A DNA stretch of 64,000 bases from positions 14,943 to 78,942 of the forward strand of contig JBEPVZ010000001.1 of assembly GCA_041690695.1 (NCBI GenBank). Reading direction: 5' to 3'. The translations under genes and the position numbers were made by a program. A model generated the notes under the pieces. The model searched no databases. It worked only from the letters and a program-made list of their open reading frames with translations, and was not told the origin of the DNA. The DNA is from Candidatus Daviesbacteria bacterium. Its GTDB lineage: Bacteria; Patescibacteriota; Microgenomatia; Daviesbacterales; UBA10151. Positions 9,567 to 18,381 of the stretch are shown piece by piece. How positions within the stretch are numbered: position 1 is the stretch's first letter; each line of letters opens with the position of its first letter.

Positions 9567-10124
9567 ATGGCAGGAGAACGATTAGATCCATCAGTTCGGT
9601 ACATGGAATTAGTTGCCCAACTAAGTAAAGGTATTACTATTCATCCTCGCATACAAGAATTTACTGCTTTTCAACCTCCACCTGACTGGGAACCAGTAGG
9701 TATTGATCGAGATGACATAATGAATATGTATAAGATGAAAGCATTAAATCGAAAAGAGGGCGTGTTTGTTAAAGCCTTCTCTCCCACTACTGAAGATTAT
9801 GGTTTAAAAGTATTTTCTACATTACGCCAATTAGCAACATTAGGATTACGTTTTCCTATCCTTTCTCCCGTCTCTTTTCTTGATAGAATGCTGATATATC
9901 CACTTGGGGAAGATGAAGGAACGATACGTTGGGGGATGTTACCTCAAGAAGACACTGAACGGGTGAGAGAAGTAGTTGAACAGCATGGATTGACACCGCT
10001 TGAACATTATAGTAGTGCGCCACTAGTTGGTATAAATGGTAGAACATATGTAACTGATCCAATAGAAGATAGTGCTAACTCTATTTATGAGTATCTTGAT
10101 GTGAAGAGAAAAGGTATCAAATAA
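9567..10124 (+). CDS. hypothetical protein
   Basis: 185-aa ORF preceded by TGCTAGAAT, a -10-like element 7 nt upstream of the ATG. Confidence 0.6.
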   Translation: MAGERLDPSVRYMELVAQLSKGITIHPRIQEFTAFQPPPDWEPVGIDRDDIMNMYKMKALNRKEGVFVKAFSPTTEDYGLKVFSTLRQLATLGLRFPILSPVSFLDRMLIYPLGEDEGTIRWGMLPQEDTERVREVVEQHGLTPLEHYSSAPLVGINGRTYVTDPIEDSANSIYEYLDVKRKGIK

Positions 10125-10154
10125 TCCTTCCTGTAAATACTCTATAATCTAATT

Positions 10155-10316
10155 ATGACTCAGCAACATCATAAGCATACATCAGCAGATCACCATGCAC
10201 ACTCTAATCTAGTTATCGAGCAACGTGGCGGGAAAAATAGAACGGTAGCGGGTCTTTTGGCACTCTTACCGGGCGGTATCGGTATTCACAAATTTTATTT
10301 AAGCAAAGTTGGCTGA
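10155..10316 (+). pseudogene. truncated TM2-domain membrane protein
   Basis: MTQQHHKH...GGKNRTVAGLLALLPGGIGIHKFYLSKVG* matches the TM2 motif but stops before the second helix. Confidence 0.65.
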
Positions 10317-10389
10317 ATATTTTGCTTTTTACTGAACAGAAATCGCCATTTTTCTGATATAATTGGCTTCAGTATTCTTCATGTAGGCA

Positions 10390-10447
10390 CGCCTTATTTC
10401 ACGAATCCAGGCTAAGAGGTGTTCGAACAAAAGTGCATGGAGGGCAC
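10390..10447 (+). repeat. att-like direct repeat, copy 1
   Basis: 58 nt; aligns to 11497-11553 with 7 mismatches and 1 gap, last 21 nt identical (ACAAAAGTGCATGGAGGGCAC). Confidence 0.8.
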
Positions 10448-10567
10448 CAAAGGAGACACCTAGTTAACCTACTAGCCATATTTGCATTTTGAAGTACGAG
10501 TATTTGATATTCCTGTAAATCCAAGATTGTTTATTTCTGGTGATCCGACATAATGATATTTACAAAG

Positions 10568-11425
10568 TTATTCGGGAGTAGGGTTTAATTCAACCTTATT
10601 TATTAGATCCCTCCCATGATCTTTGAGATATACCATACCTCTTGTAAGGCGATCTACAGGTACAGTAGGGAGTAGCAATTCAGGAATGGAATGCCGAATA
10701 AATGGATCATCATATTCTGGATAAGATATACCCTTATATAGCAAATCTCTTCCGCCAATGGCTTTATCACGTAATTTTCCCCAACCAACAGCAAAAAGAT
10801 TAAGAACGTTGAAAGCGGCGTTAGCCCCAGCATAAAGAGCTGCGACTGTAGCCGTACCATGTAGTACTTCTACAGGGCTCGAGCTATGGAGTAAGGTCTC
10901 CATTTCTACAAGGGGCAAAAGTAGTAAGTCTTTTGTCAAAAATGTCCAATAGCTAGAAAGAAATGCAATATTATATTCTCCTCCATTAAGAAGCTTTTCT
11001 CTTTTTAGAACATCTTTTATCCCTTTGTTAACTTCTTGTTGAAATGCGTCAACATAAGCTTTATCAAAGTTTCCTCCTTCGTTTGAACGTGATACATGTT
11101 GAGCTAATTCCTGATCGTTAACTGCTACATACCATGTATCACTTTCTTTTCGTGTTTGTACGATATTGTTTCTATTCCAAACATCCATTCGAGGCATTTG
11201 TAAAAATTTGGCTATGCGGACTGTCCCAATTTGATCATAGTCAATTGCTCTATCTTGAGGTTTTTGAATAATCGCAATATCACCCCGTATATCAGCAGTC
11301 TGCATAAATCCATCGGCAACAGGATGATTTACTTCCATAATATCTCGTGCAACTCCTCGATATTCATCAAGTGACACTACCTTATGATGTTTGAATTGGT
11401 ATCCTTGTGGTGCATGTTCTGCCAT
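10568..11425 (-). CDS. hypothetical protein with a C-terminal hydrophobic segment (cassette cargo)
   Basis: 285-aa ORF lying between the two direct repeats. Confidence 0.65.
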   Translation of the reverse strand: MAEHAPQGYQFKHHKVVSLDEYRGVARDIMEVNHPVADGFMQTADIRGDIAIIQKPQDRAIDYDQIGTVRIAKFLQMPRMDVWNRNNIVQTRKESDTWYVAVNDQELAQHVSRSNEGGNFDKAYVDAFQQEVNKGIKDVLKREKLLNGGEYNIAFLSSYWTFLTKDLLLLPLVEMETLLHSSSPVEVLHGTATVAALYAGANAAFNVLNLFAVGWGKLRDKAIGGRDLLYKGISYPEYDDPFIRHSIPELLLPTVPVDRLTRGMVYLKDHGRDLINKVELNPTPE

Positions 11426-11496
11426 GATCGGAATATATCATATTTTTGAAGCTGATATCAATTATAGGTCAGAATGGCTATAATTTAAGCAAAGCT

Positions 11497-11553
11497 CGCC
11501 TTATCTCATGAATCCAAACGAGGAAGTGTTCGACAAAAGTGCATGGAGGGCAC
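11497..11553 (+). repeat. att-like direct repeat, copy 2
   Basis: Aligns to 10390-10447 as described for copy 1. Confidence 0.8.
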
Positions 11554-11563
11554 TAATAAAACT

Positions 11564-13636
11564 TTATTTTAACTTTCGTCTCTTTTCGCGAATAAATAAG
11601 GCTGCCAAAGTAATAATCACTAAAAATAAAACACCCATAATAATTATTACTTTCGGTGACGATAAAGGTGATTGTGGTTTAACCTGAATATTTAAATCAA
11701 ATTCTTTAACATCACCTGATAAATTAAGAGACTGCTCGCCTTGAAAACCATTGTAAGCTACTAAAACTTTATGATCTCCTGACTCGACATTATGAAAGGT
11801 TGCAAAACCATCTTTATCAGTTTTAGTAACTTGGGGAGTCGAATGGATCGTCACCGTTGCTCCTTCAACTGGTTTTTTATTAGTATCAAAAACCTTTATT
11901 TTGACATTATATCCACCTGATGCACGCGAAGGAGAAACTTGACCAGGCGGTTGATCACTCTCACTCGGCTTGGGTGAATCCAACTCAGAGCTTGGGAGAT
12001 TAGATTGATTAATCCTTCCTAACGACCCGGTCGAAGTTGAAACTTCATTTGACCATGGACCCGTGGCACAGCCATTTCCACCTCGAACTCTAAAATAATA
12101 TGTCATATTGGGAGAAAGAGAGCCAACTAAGAAAGTCATTTGGGAGCGCGAGTTTATCCCCATATCCGAAACCCCATAAAGATAACTTCCAGATTTCGTG
12201 CCATACTCTAAAACGTATTTATTAACTGGGTTATCGGCGGCAGTAAATGAAAGTAGAATATGATTACTGTCATTTGAAATAGGTTTAGATAACTCTGGGG
12301 CTTGCGAACCAGGAGATTGATCTGTACACACCCCTGGTGAGTTTGAAGACGAATTTTGATTTGAGTTTGAGGTCGAAGTTGAAGGGGTCGTTCTGGTAAA
12401 ATTGACACTGTACTCATAAATTCCATAATGCAGCCAGGTCGAGGCTATAAAATACATAGTCTGGCCATTATTAACCAGAAACGAGTCAGTCACATAGGGT
12501 CCATAATAATCCCAACTTGGGTTACTAATCGTAAATGGCATGGTTAAAGTTAGGGGAGCACTCCATGGTCCTGTCAAACTATCCGCTAAATAATAATGAA
12601 CAACACTCGGTAAACAACCATCACTGCCTGTCATCAACATATATTTTTGCAAATATGGATTATAGATAACCGAAAACTCAGCAATCGTTAGATATGTGCA
12701 TTCACTTTGCCCGGAAGGGTAGGGAGCTGTGGCATAATCTTTATCAAAAGTGAAATTTGGATCATTCGGCGGAATTAGCCAAACTACTTGACTATCAATC
12801 GTCGATTCATTAACTACAGGATCTGACCAAACATTATTTCCTTCGTAATAACTGAAGCCTAGTGTCCCGCTGGCGTTCAGAAATTCACTAATTGATGTTC
12901 GGGCTAACTTAACACCACCAAAACGATTAGCCGGGCTACCAATCATGTAGAGATAACCACCAGTATTATCGACGACAAAAGCACTTTGGGCAAAAGCATA
13001 TTGCAAGGTGTTGGAAAAGGAGCGTTGCCAGACATAGACCGAACCTTTGTAAGCTTCGAACAACCCACTTGAGGAATTATATTTGGCAATTTTGGTCAAA
13101 TTTGACCAATGTGTGAATCCACCCACATTTCCGCCCGACATAAAACCGGCAAACATGTAATCTGTGCCTGTTTGGGTCAAGGTAAAAGCTCCATTCGGTA
13201 AATCCGCCGGACCATCGTTTAGTGCCTTAGATGCCAGTGCTCCACCAAATTGCGGGTTTAACATATTATCAACATGAATTCCTTGATCGAGAGTTGTGGT
13301 CGTCGGAGCACTTAAAACCTTAAAAGCATCGGTAGTTAAACCAACCGTATCGCCTAACACAAAATACCAGCGGTTATTATATAGGGTTGGCGCACCGAGA
13401 TCGGCACCTTGAACAAAACCTAAAGAGTTGCTATCAAACTGTGGAATTGACGAAGGGTCTGGCCCACCACCATGAATACTTAAACTCCCAGTCCCAATAA
13501 TTTTCCCAATCATAGTCGCTTGGGAGGTGGTGATGGTCGTACTATCTGCATAAACTGGATGGGCGATCCAGCCACCAATCTTGAGAGGGAGGACTAAGAC
13601 TAAAATAAATAAAAAGGCAGTAACACATTTTGGCAT
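11564..13636 (-). CDS. surface-anchored DUF4185 (GH183-like) protein with FN3 and carboxypeptidase-regulatory-like domains and a C-terminal TM anchor
   Basis: Signal peptide from ATG 13636 (track start 13684); GADLG, YFVLGDT, AEFSVIYNPYLQKYML, GPWSAP, YYGPY; FN3 TYYFRVRGGNGC; TM plus basic tail. Confidence 0.7.
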   Translation of the reverse strand: MPKCVTAFLFILVLVLPLKIGGWIAHPVYADSTTITTSQATMIGKIIGTGSLSIHGGGPDPSSIPQFDSNSLGFVQGADLGAPTLYNNRWYFVLGDTVGLTTDAFKVLSAPTTTTLDQGIHVDNMLNPQFGGALASKALNDGPADLPNGAFTLTQTGTDYMFAGFMSGGNVGGFTHWSNLTKIAKYNSSSGLFEAYKGSVYVWQRSFSNTLQYAFAQSAFVVDNTGGYLYMIGSPANRFGGVKLARTSISEFLNASGTLGFSYYEGNNVWSDPVVNESTIDSQVVWLIPPNDPNFTFDKDYATAPYPSGQSECTYLTIAEFSVIYNPYLQKYMLMTGSDGCLPSVVHYYLADSLTGPWSAPLTLTMPFTISNPSWDYYGPYVTDSFLVNNGQTMYFIASTWLHYGIYEYSVNFTRTTPSTSTSNSNQNSSSNSPGVCTDQSPGSQAPELSKPISNDSNHILLSFTAADNPVNKYVLEYGTKSGSYLYGVSDMGINSRSQMTFLVGSLSPNMTYYFRVRGGNGCATGPWSNEVSTSTGSLGRINQSNLPSSELDSPKPSESDQPPGQVSPSRASGGYNVKIKVFDTNKKPVEGATVTIHSTPQVTKTDKDGFATFHNVESGDHKVLVAYNGFQGEQSLNLSGDVKEFDLNIQVKPQSPLSSPKVIIIMGVLFLVIITLAALFIREKRRKLK

Positions 13637-13757
13637 ATGTTTTTTATAATATTTATAATTTGAGATGGTAGTAGTATAGGACAATACTTAGGTTGTGACA
13701 ATCATATTTTACCGCTTTATTTAAAATCTTCAGGCTGGTAAAATCATCCATGTACTT

Positions 13758-13829
13758 CGGGGTGTAGTTCATCGGTAGAACGCTCGCTTTGGGAGCGAGA
13801 AGCAGCAAGTTCAATTCTTGTCACCCCGA
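13758..13829 (+). tRNA. tRNA-Pro(TGG)
   Basis: CGGGGTG...CTCGC-TTTGGGA-GCGAG...GTTCAATTC...CACCCCG-A. Confidence 0.93.
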
Positions 13830-13852
13830 CCTAATCAAGATAGAATAGGTGT

Positions 13853-14833
13853 GTGCCAAACAAGAAATCCAAATCACATAAAAAGACTGCTCCTAAATCC
13901 AAGAAGACATTATCTCCAAAACACAAAAATTCCCATTTAGTAGCTTTACTCGTCATCAGCCTAATTATTTTAATTGGAGGATTTTATTTACTTCATGTCA
14001 TTGCCAGTAAATATACTCAAAGCCAATATATTCAAACTAAAGTTTATCAATTTACCCCTAAAGATCTACCTGAAACTGGCAGTAGCAGCGCTACTCCAAA
14101 GGTTGCCAGTATTTCAGCCGTTTTACCACAAAAAGCAGTCTTACCGGCCGCAACAGGTAATTCAGTCCGAGTACCAATTTTGACTTACCATTATATTGGT
14201 AATAATCCCAATCCGGCTGATACCGCCCGTGATAATCTTGAGATTACCCCCGACAAATTTCAAGATGAGATGCAATATTTGTCGACTAATAAATATAATG
14301 CCATTAGTTTAGATACATTATTTAATGCCCTCGACAACCATGGAGCATTACCTTCAAAACCTATTATCTTAACCTTTGATGATGGTTATATTGATTTTTA
14401 TTTAAATGCCTTTCCGATACTTGAGCGTTTTAATCTTCATGCCACCGCCTTTATTCCAACTGGCTTAATTGGTAAACCAGCTTATATGACTTGGGATCAG
14501 ATTAAAGAGATCCAAGGTTCAGGCTTAATCTCATTTCAAGCTCACTCAATTAACCATCCTGACTTAACAAAAGTAAGTCTTGATCAGGCTAAAAATGAGA
14601 TTATTCAAAGTAAAAAGACTCTCGAGTCCTTTTTAGGGATGCCTGTTAACTTTTTTGCTTATCCTTATGGCGCATCTAATGCCCAGACCTGGCAACTTGT
14701 TAAAGATGCAGGATTTATTGGAGCGGTTGGAACGTGGTCGGGGAACGAGGAAAATATCGGTCTAGCTTACGATTTACCCAGAATTAAAATTGCTGGAGCA
14801 ATAAGTCTATCCGATTTTACCACCAAATTATAA
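13853..14833 (+). CDS. membrane-anchored polysaccharide deacetylase (CE4)
   Basis: VPILTYH, LTFDDGY, HSINHPDL, FAYPYG. Confidence 0.9.
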   Translation: MPNKKSKSHKKTAPKSKKTLSPKHKNSHLVALLVISLIILIGGFYLLHVIASKYTQSQYIQTKVYQFTPKDLPETGSSSATPKVASISAVLPQKAVLPAATGNSVRVPILTYHYIGNNPNPADTARDNLEITPDKFQDEMQYLSTNKYNAISLDTLFNALDNHGALPSKPIILTFDDGYIDFYLNAFPILERFNLHATAFIPTGLIGKPAYMTWDQIKEIQGSGLISFQAHSINHPDLTKVSLDQAKNEIIQSKKTLESFLGMPVNFFAYPYGASNAQTWQLVKDAGFIGAVGTWSGNEENIGLAYDLPRIKIAGAISLSDFTTKL

Positions 14834-14897
14834 ACCCTTACTCTTTCAAGCAAAGGTTATAATTTTGGTGTAATTAACTGAAAATTCCTAAGGGAGA

Positions 14898-15155
14898 TTA
14901 TCTATCCTCACGAGGTCGCGCTTCGTTAACAACGATTTTTCGACCATCCATATCAGAACCATTCAATTTATTAATTGCTTCTTCAGCTTCATTATCATTA
15001 GCCATTTCAACGAATCCAAAACCGCGACTGCGGCCTGTTTGTCGATCCATTAAAACAGTAGCTGACAAAACTTGTCCGAATGCTGCAAATAATTCTTCTA
15101 ATTTTTTATTATCAATTGCCCAAGGCAAAGATCCTACAAATAACTTTTTAGCCAA
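14898..15155 (-). CDS. RRM RNA-binding protein
   Basis: KKLFVGSL (RNP2), RGFGFVEM (RNP1), VVNEARPRE; probable TTG start at 15155 after an SD-like GAGGTGGTG. Confidence 0.92.
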   Translation of the reverse strand: MAKKLFVGSLPWAIDNKKLEELFAAFGQVLSATVLMDRQTGRSRGFGFVEMANDNEAEEAINKLNGSDMDGRKIVVNEARPREDR

Positions 15156-15259
15156 ACTTAACTCACCACCTCTCACAACCACTCATCTTTATACATGAGT
15201 ATATCTGTAATCGTAACCTAAATAGCTTAACTAATCAAGTTTTAGTCAATATCCTAAAA

Positions 15260-15829
15260 TTAGGGCTTAGTTATCTTATAAACAGTATGGCCATTTCTCT
15301 TGCGAATTTCTTTAATATCGAGCTTATATTCTCGGCCAATTTTAGGAATTAATCTATTTAAAGCGCTAACCACAACTAACCAATACTCGCCCCGAGCATT
15401 CAGAATTTGATAGGGCTTTAAGATAAACTCTTCAGCAATAGTTTCATCCCCAATCTTAGCTGGAACGTTTGAAACGATTAAATCAAAGGTCTGATCTTTG
15501 ACCGCCTCCGCACCTAAACTGGCCAGAGCTTTGGCATTCTTAATCTGGTTTCTGGCAATATTATGTTCAGTGTAGCGAACAGCCAGGAGATCACGATCAA
15601 TCATAATAACTTCAGCTCTCGGATTAGTTTTAGCTAAAATAATTCCTAAGCAACCGACACCACAGCCGATATCTAAAATAGTTTTAGGCTTATTTGGTGT
15701 AATAGATCGGATTAAGATATCTGTGCCATGATCAATATCAAAGGTCGAAAAAAGAGTATTGGCGGTTTCAAAAATGAACTTAAGACCATTAAAAGTATAG
15801 GTCAGCTCTTTTTTGAAATAGATATCCAT
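15260..15829 (-). CDS. small SAM-dependent methyltransferase (RsmC/MTS-like)
   Basis: FS...IDHGT, ILDIGCGVG, FDLIVSNVP. Confidence 0.8.
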   Translation of the reverse strand: MDIYFKKELTYTFNGLKFIFETANTLFSTFDIDHGTDILIRSITPNKPKTILDIGCGVGCLGIILAKTNPRAEVIMIDRDLLAVRYTEHNIARNQIKNAKALASLGAEAVKDQTFDLIVSNVPAKIGDETIAEEFILKPYQILNARGEYWLVVVSALNRLIPKIGREYKLDIKEIRKRNGHTVYKITKP

Positions 15830-15853
15830 CCTGGAATTGTATCAGACTTAAAG

Positions 15854-17032
15854 CTAAGGTGAGGGACTAGCCGTTTGAGAAGCGCTCGCAGTTGGAGAAG
15901 GAGTTGGACTGGCAGTAGCCGTTGGACTGGGCGACGAAGTCGGAGAGGCGGTTGGAGAAGCTGAAGGTGTCGGAGTAGCTGAGCTATTACTAAAAGTTAC
16001 ACTCGGATTATGGTTACCCGAATCAGTCACATTAAAACCGCGAGTGGTATCAGCGACCGTAAAAGTATCGGTGCCATTAATTGTCGAAATTAAGGAGAAA
16101 GTGGTTTGACCATTCAGAGTTTGAACAGTCACCGATGGTGTAGAGCCATTTATAGTTAAACTTGAGTCAGTAGTGTTGAGTGAGATTGTTAAAGTATCGC
16201 TCACCGGCGCTAAATTATTATTACAATCAAGGAGTTGAATGGCGATACTGCCAGTATTATTTGAATTCGATGTCGAAATTGCTTCCGAGTTAAAACCACG
16301 TGGTGTACCGGCACATGAGCCTGAATTTGAAAAAGTCACGCTCGGATCCTTATAGCCTGGAGCAGTAACATGTAGTGTGTGGTCAGTATCTTTAACAGTA
16401 AAAACTGCGGTTGTTGGGTTTGGAGAGTTGACCGAGAAAGTCACTTTACCATTCTGGGCTTGTATATTAACGGGAGATGACGCGCCATTAATAGTAGTCG
16501 CCGCATCCCCAGAAGACAAAGTTACAGTCAAATGGTCGCTTGAGACATCACTGTTATTACAATCTAATAACTCAATGCTGATATTAACTGCTGAGTTAAC
16601 CTGAGACGTTTTTGATCCAACATAGACTTGAGAATTATCTTCTGTCGGAGTGCCGGCGCAAGCAGAACTATTGCTTGATGGGGCGGTCGATGGGAATGGA
16701 GTCGAGCTAGGTAGGGGAGTAATCGATGGCAAGGGTGAGAAACTTGGCAAAGGCATCGGGGTTGATAAATCAGCTGCTCCGCCAATATTATTTGAAGTCG
16801 TTGAAATACCCAAAACGCTATCGTCAGAGGGACTAGCACTTTCGGTAGCTAAAAGAGCATCTGGATTAGCAGGCAGGGGCGAGTAATTAGAATCATCTGA
16901 AGTTGAATTGACAACTTGAGCGACTGCTTTCGAGAAAAAAGAGCCTCGAACTCTTAGTGCGAAAAAGCCAAATCCAATTAAACAGATTAAAATAAGAATT
17001 AAAAGTTTGTGGGAGAGCAGCCGGGAAATCAT
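15854..17032 (-). CDS. membrane-anchored Ser/Thr/Pro-rich protein with two tandem Ig-like (Big/invasin-type) domains
   Basis: N-terminal TM; internal duplication CAGTP...LLDCNN...NG..TFS...PSVTFSNS (x2); PT/PS linkers. Confidence 0.65.
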   Translation of the reverse strand: MISRLLSHKLLILILICLIGFGFFALRVRGSFFSKAVAQVVNSTSDDSNYSPLPANPDALLATESASPSDDSVLGISTTSNNIGGAADLSTPMPLPSFSPLPSITPLPSSTPFPSTAPSSNSSACAGTPTEDNSQVYVGSKTSQVNSAVNISIELLDCNNSDVSSDHLTVTLSSGDAATTINGASSPVNIQAQNGKVTFSVNSPNPTTAVFTVKDTDHTLHVTAPGYKDPSVTFSNSGSCAGTPRGFNSEAISTSNSNNTGSIAIQLLDCNNNLAPVSDTLTISLNTTDSSLTINGSTPSVTVQTLNGQTTFSLISTINGTDTFTVADTTRGFNVTDSGNHNPSVTFSNSSATPTPSASPTASPTSSPSPTATASPTPSPTASASQTASPSP

Positions 17033-17069
17033 CCCGTCAATTTTACATCTTTGGCGGAGTTTTTGTTAG

Positions 17070-17429
17070 CTAGCGTTCCTCATTAAACGGTTTATAATCT
17101 TCAAATTCCCAACTACCATACCGGGATAAATATTCACTAAGTTTATCCCAATCCATTCCTCTCTCGTCAGCCTGAGCACACAACTTTTCAATAATCAGTT
17201 TAAAATCAGATTCATTAAATTCTTCGACAACAATTAAATGTCGCCCTAGAATATATTTTTTTGACTTTAACTCCCTCCCCAAAAAAGATGGTGAACAAAA
17301 ATGGAACTGAAAAATTTCAGCCCCATCAGAATCATCCAGACCTAATTCGACCTCAACCCAAAAGCTAAAATTAAATTTATCTAGAGGAATTTCATCGCTT
17401 GGTAACCAACTTTTAATAACTACAGCCAT
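17070..17429 (-). CDS. Imm8-like immunity protein
   Basis: G.DGAEIF.F..CSP, GRHLIVVEEFN, W..LSEYLSRYGSWEFEDY. Confidence 0.75.
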   Translation of the reverse strand: MAVVIKSWLPSDEIPLDKFNFSFWVEVELGLDDSDGAEIFQFHFCSPSFLGRELKSKKYILGRHLIVVEEFNESDFKLIIEKLCAQADERGMDWDKLSEYLSRYGSWEFEDYKPFNEER

Positions 17430-17451
17430 ATTAAATTAATTTTAGCAAATT

Positions 17452-17772
17452 TTAGGGTGAAGAGTCTTTGAGCAAAAAACAGACATAATCAGCCCCATCT
17501 GGTAAGTTATCTGTAGTTAAATGACGAGCAGCTAAAATAGTAGCAGGGGAAGTATTTATACCTGCGCTATTAATCTCACCAAAATCAGTCGAATTTATCT
17601 CTACTAAATTTGTACCTCGACGTTGCCAGAAATCCATTCCGATAATAATAGCATCCATGTTCTGACAATCTTCGATAATTTTCAAGGCTGTTTGATGATC
17701 AAACAATAAATCTCCACCTTTGATTACAGCTTGGCTTTTATATTTTTGGTCAATTAGTTGGTTGATACCCAT
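17452..17772 (-). CDS. putative immunity protein (Imm40-like)
   Basis: ALKIIEDC....IIIGMDFW pattern; adjacent to the Imm8-like gene. Confidence 0.45.
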   Translation of the reverse strand: MGINQLIDQKYKSQAVIKGGDLLFDHQTALKIIEDCQNMDAIIIGMDFWQRRGTNLVEINSTDFGEINSAGINTSPATILAARHLTTDNLPDGADYVCFLLKDSSP

Positions 17773-17807
17773 AGCTAAATTCTAACATGACGCTAAAAGT
17801 TAATCTC

Positions 17808-18362
17808 TTAAAACTTAAACAGACCCTGGCGTAAAATTTCAGGCTGGCCATTGACAATTTTAATGACAGTTGAAGGCTCGGAAACTAGTTTACCGGCATC
17901 TTCATAAAAATCGACTTTGTCTCCAAAATAATTTCGAGCTTCCTCGATTGTGTTAGCGGATGGTTCGCCTTGAGGATTAGCACTAGTTGAGACCAGTGGG
18001 CCAGTTTGGCCGATCAAGTTTAATAAAAAGTCGTTGTTAGGCATCCTAAAAGCCAAAGTGTTACTACCCCGATGTAGAAAATCCCACTTATCTGAAACTG
18101 ACAAAATAACACTCACTGGATTTGGCCAAATTTTAGTTAATAAATCAACTAACTTCTGATTTAAATCAACTCCAAATTGTTTAAGATCGTGAACATTTGC
18201 AATCACCACAATTAACGGTTTATGATCATCCCGACCTTTCAGATCGTAAATTCTTTGAACTGCCATTTGGTCAGAGGCCAGGGCATGGAGACCATAGATA
18301 GTGTCCGTTGGTAAAACTGCGACACCTTGATTATTTAAAATTTTAATTAATTGTGAATCCAC
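17808..18362 (-). CDS. tsaC: L-threonylcarbamoyladenylate synthase (Sua5/YrdC)
   Basis: PTDTIYGL, KGR...KPL, STSANPQG, PSTVI, ILRQG. Confidence 0.9.
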   Translation of the reverse strand: MDSQLIKILNNQGVAVLPTDTIYGLHALASDQMAVQRIYDLKGRDDHKPLIVVIANVHDLKQFGVDLNQKLVDLLTKIWPNPVSVILSVSDKWDFLHRGSNTLAFRMPNNDFLLNLIGQTGPLVSTSANPQGEPSANTIEEARNYFGDKVDFYEDAGKLVSEPSTVIKIVNGQPEILRQGLFKF

Positions 18363-18381
18363 AAGGCCATATTTTAGCAGA

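Larger units (their letters stand above)
8699..11553. mobile_element. integrase-less tandem island at the tRNA-Leu 3' end
   Basis: Bounded by tRNA-Leu and two same-orientation att-like repeats (10390-10447, 11497-11553) sharing GTTCGA...GGCAC with the tRNA end; cargo is orphan ORFs and a gene fragment. Confidence 0.55.

Noticed and set aside
10311-10345. TGA at an expected Trp position in the TM2 fragment, hinting at UGA recoding
   Set aside because: Intact genes use TGG for Trp and several end at TGA with tight coupling (murA, 54677). The fragment is better explained as decay at an island junction.
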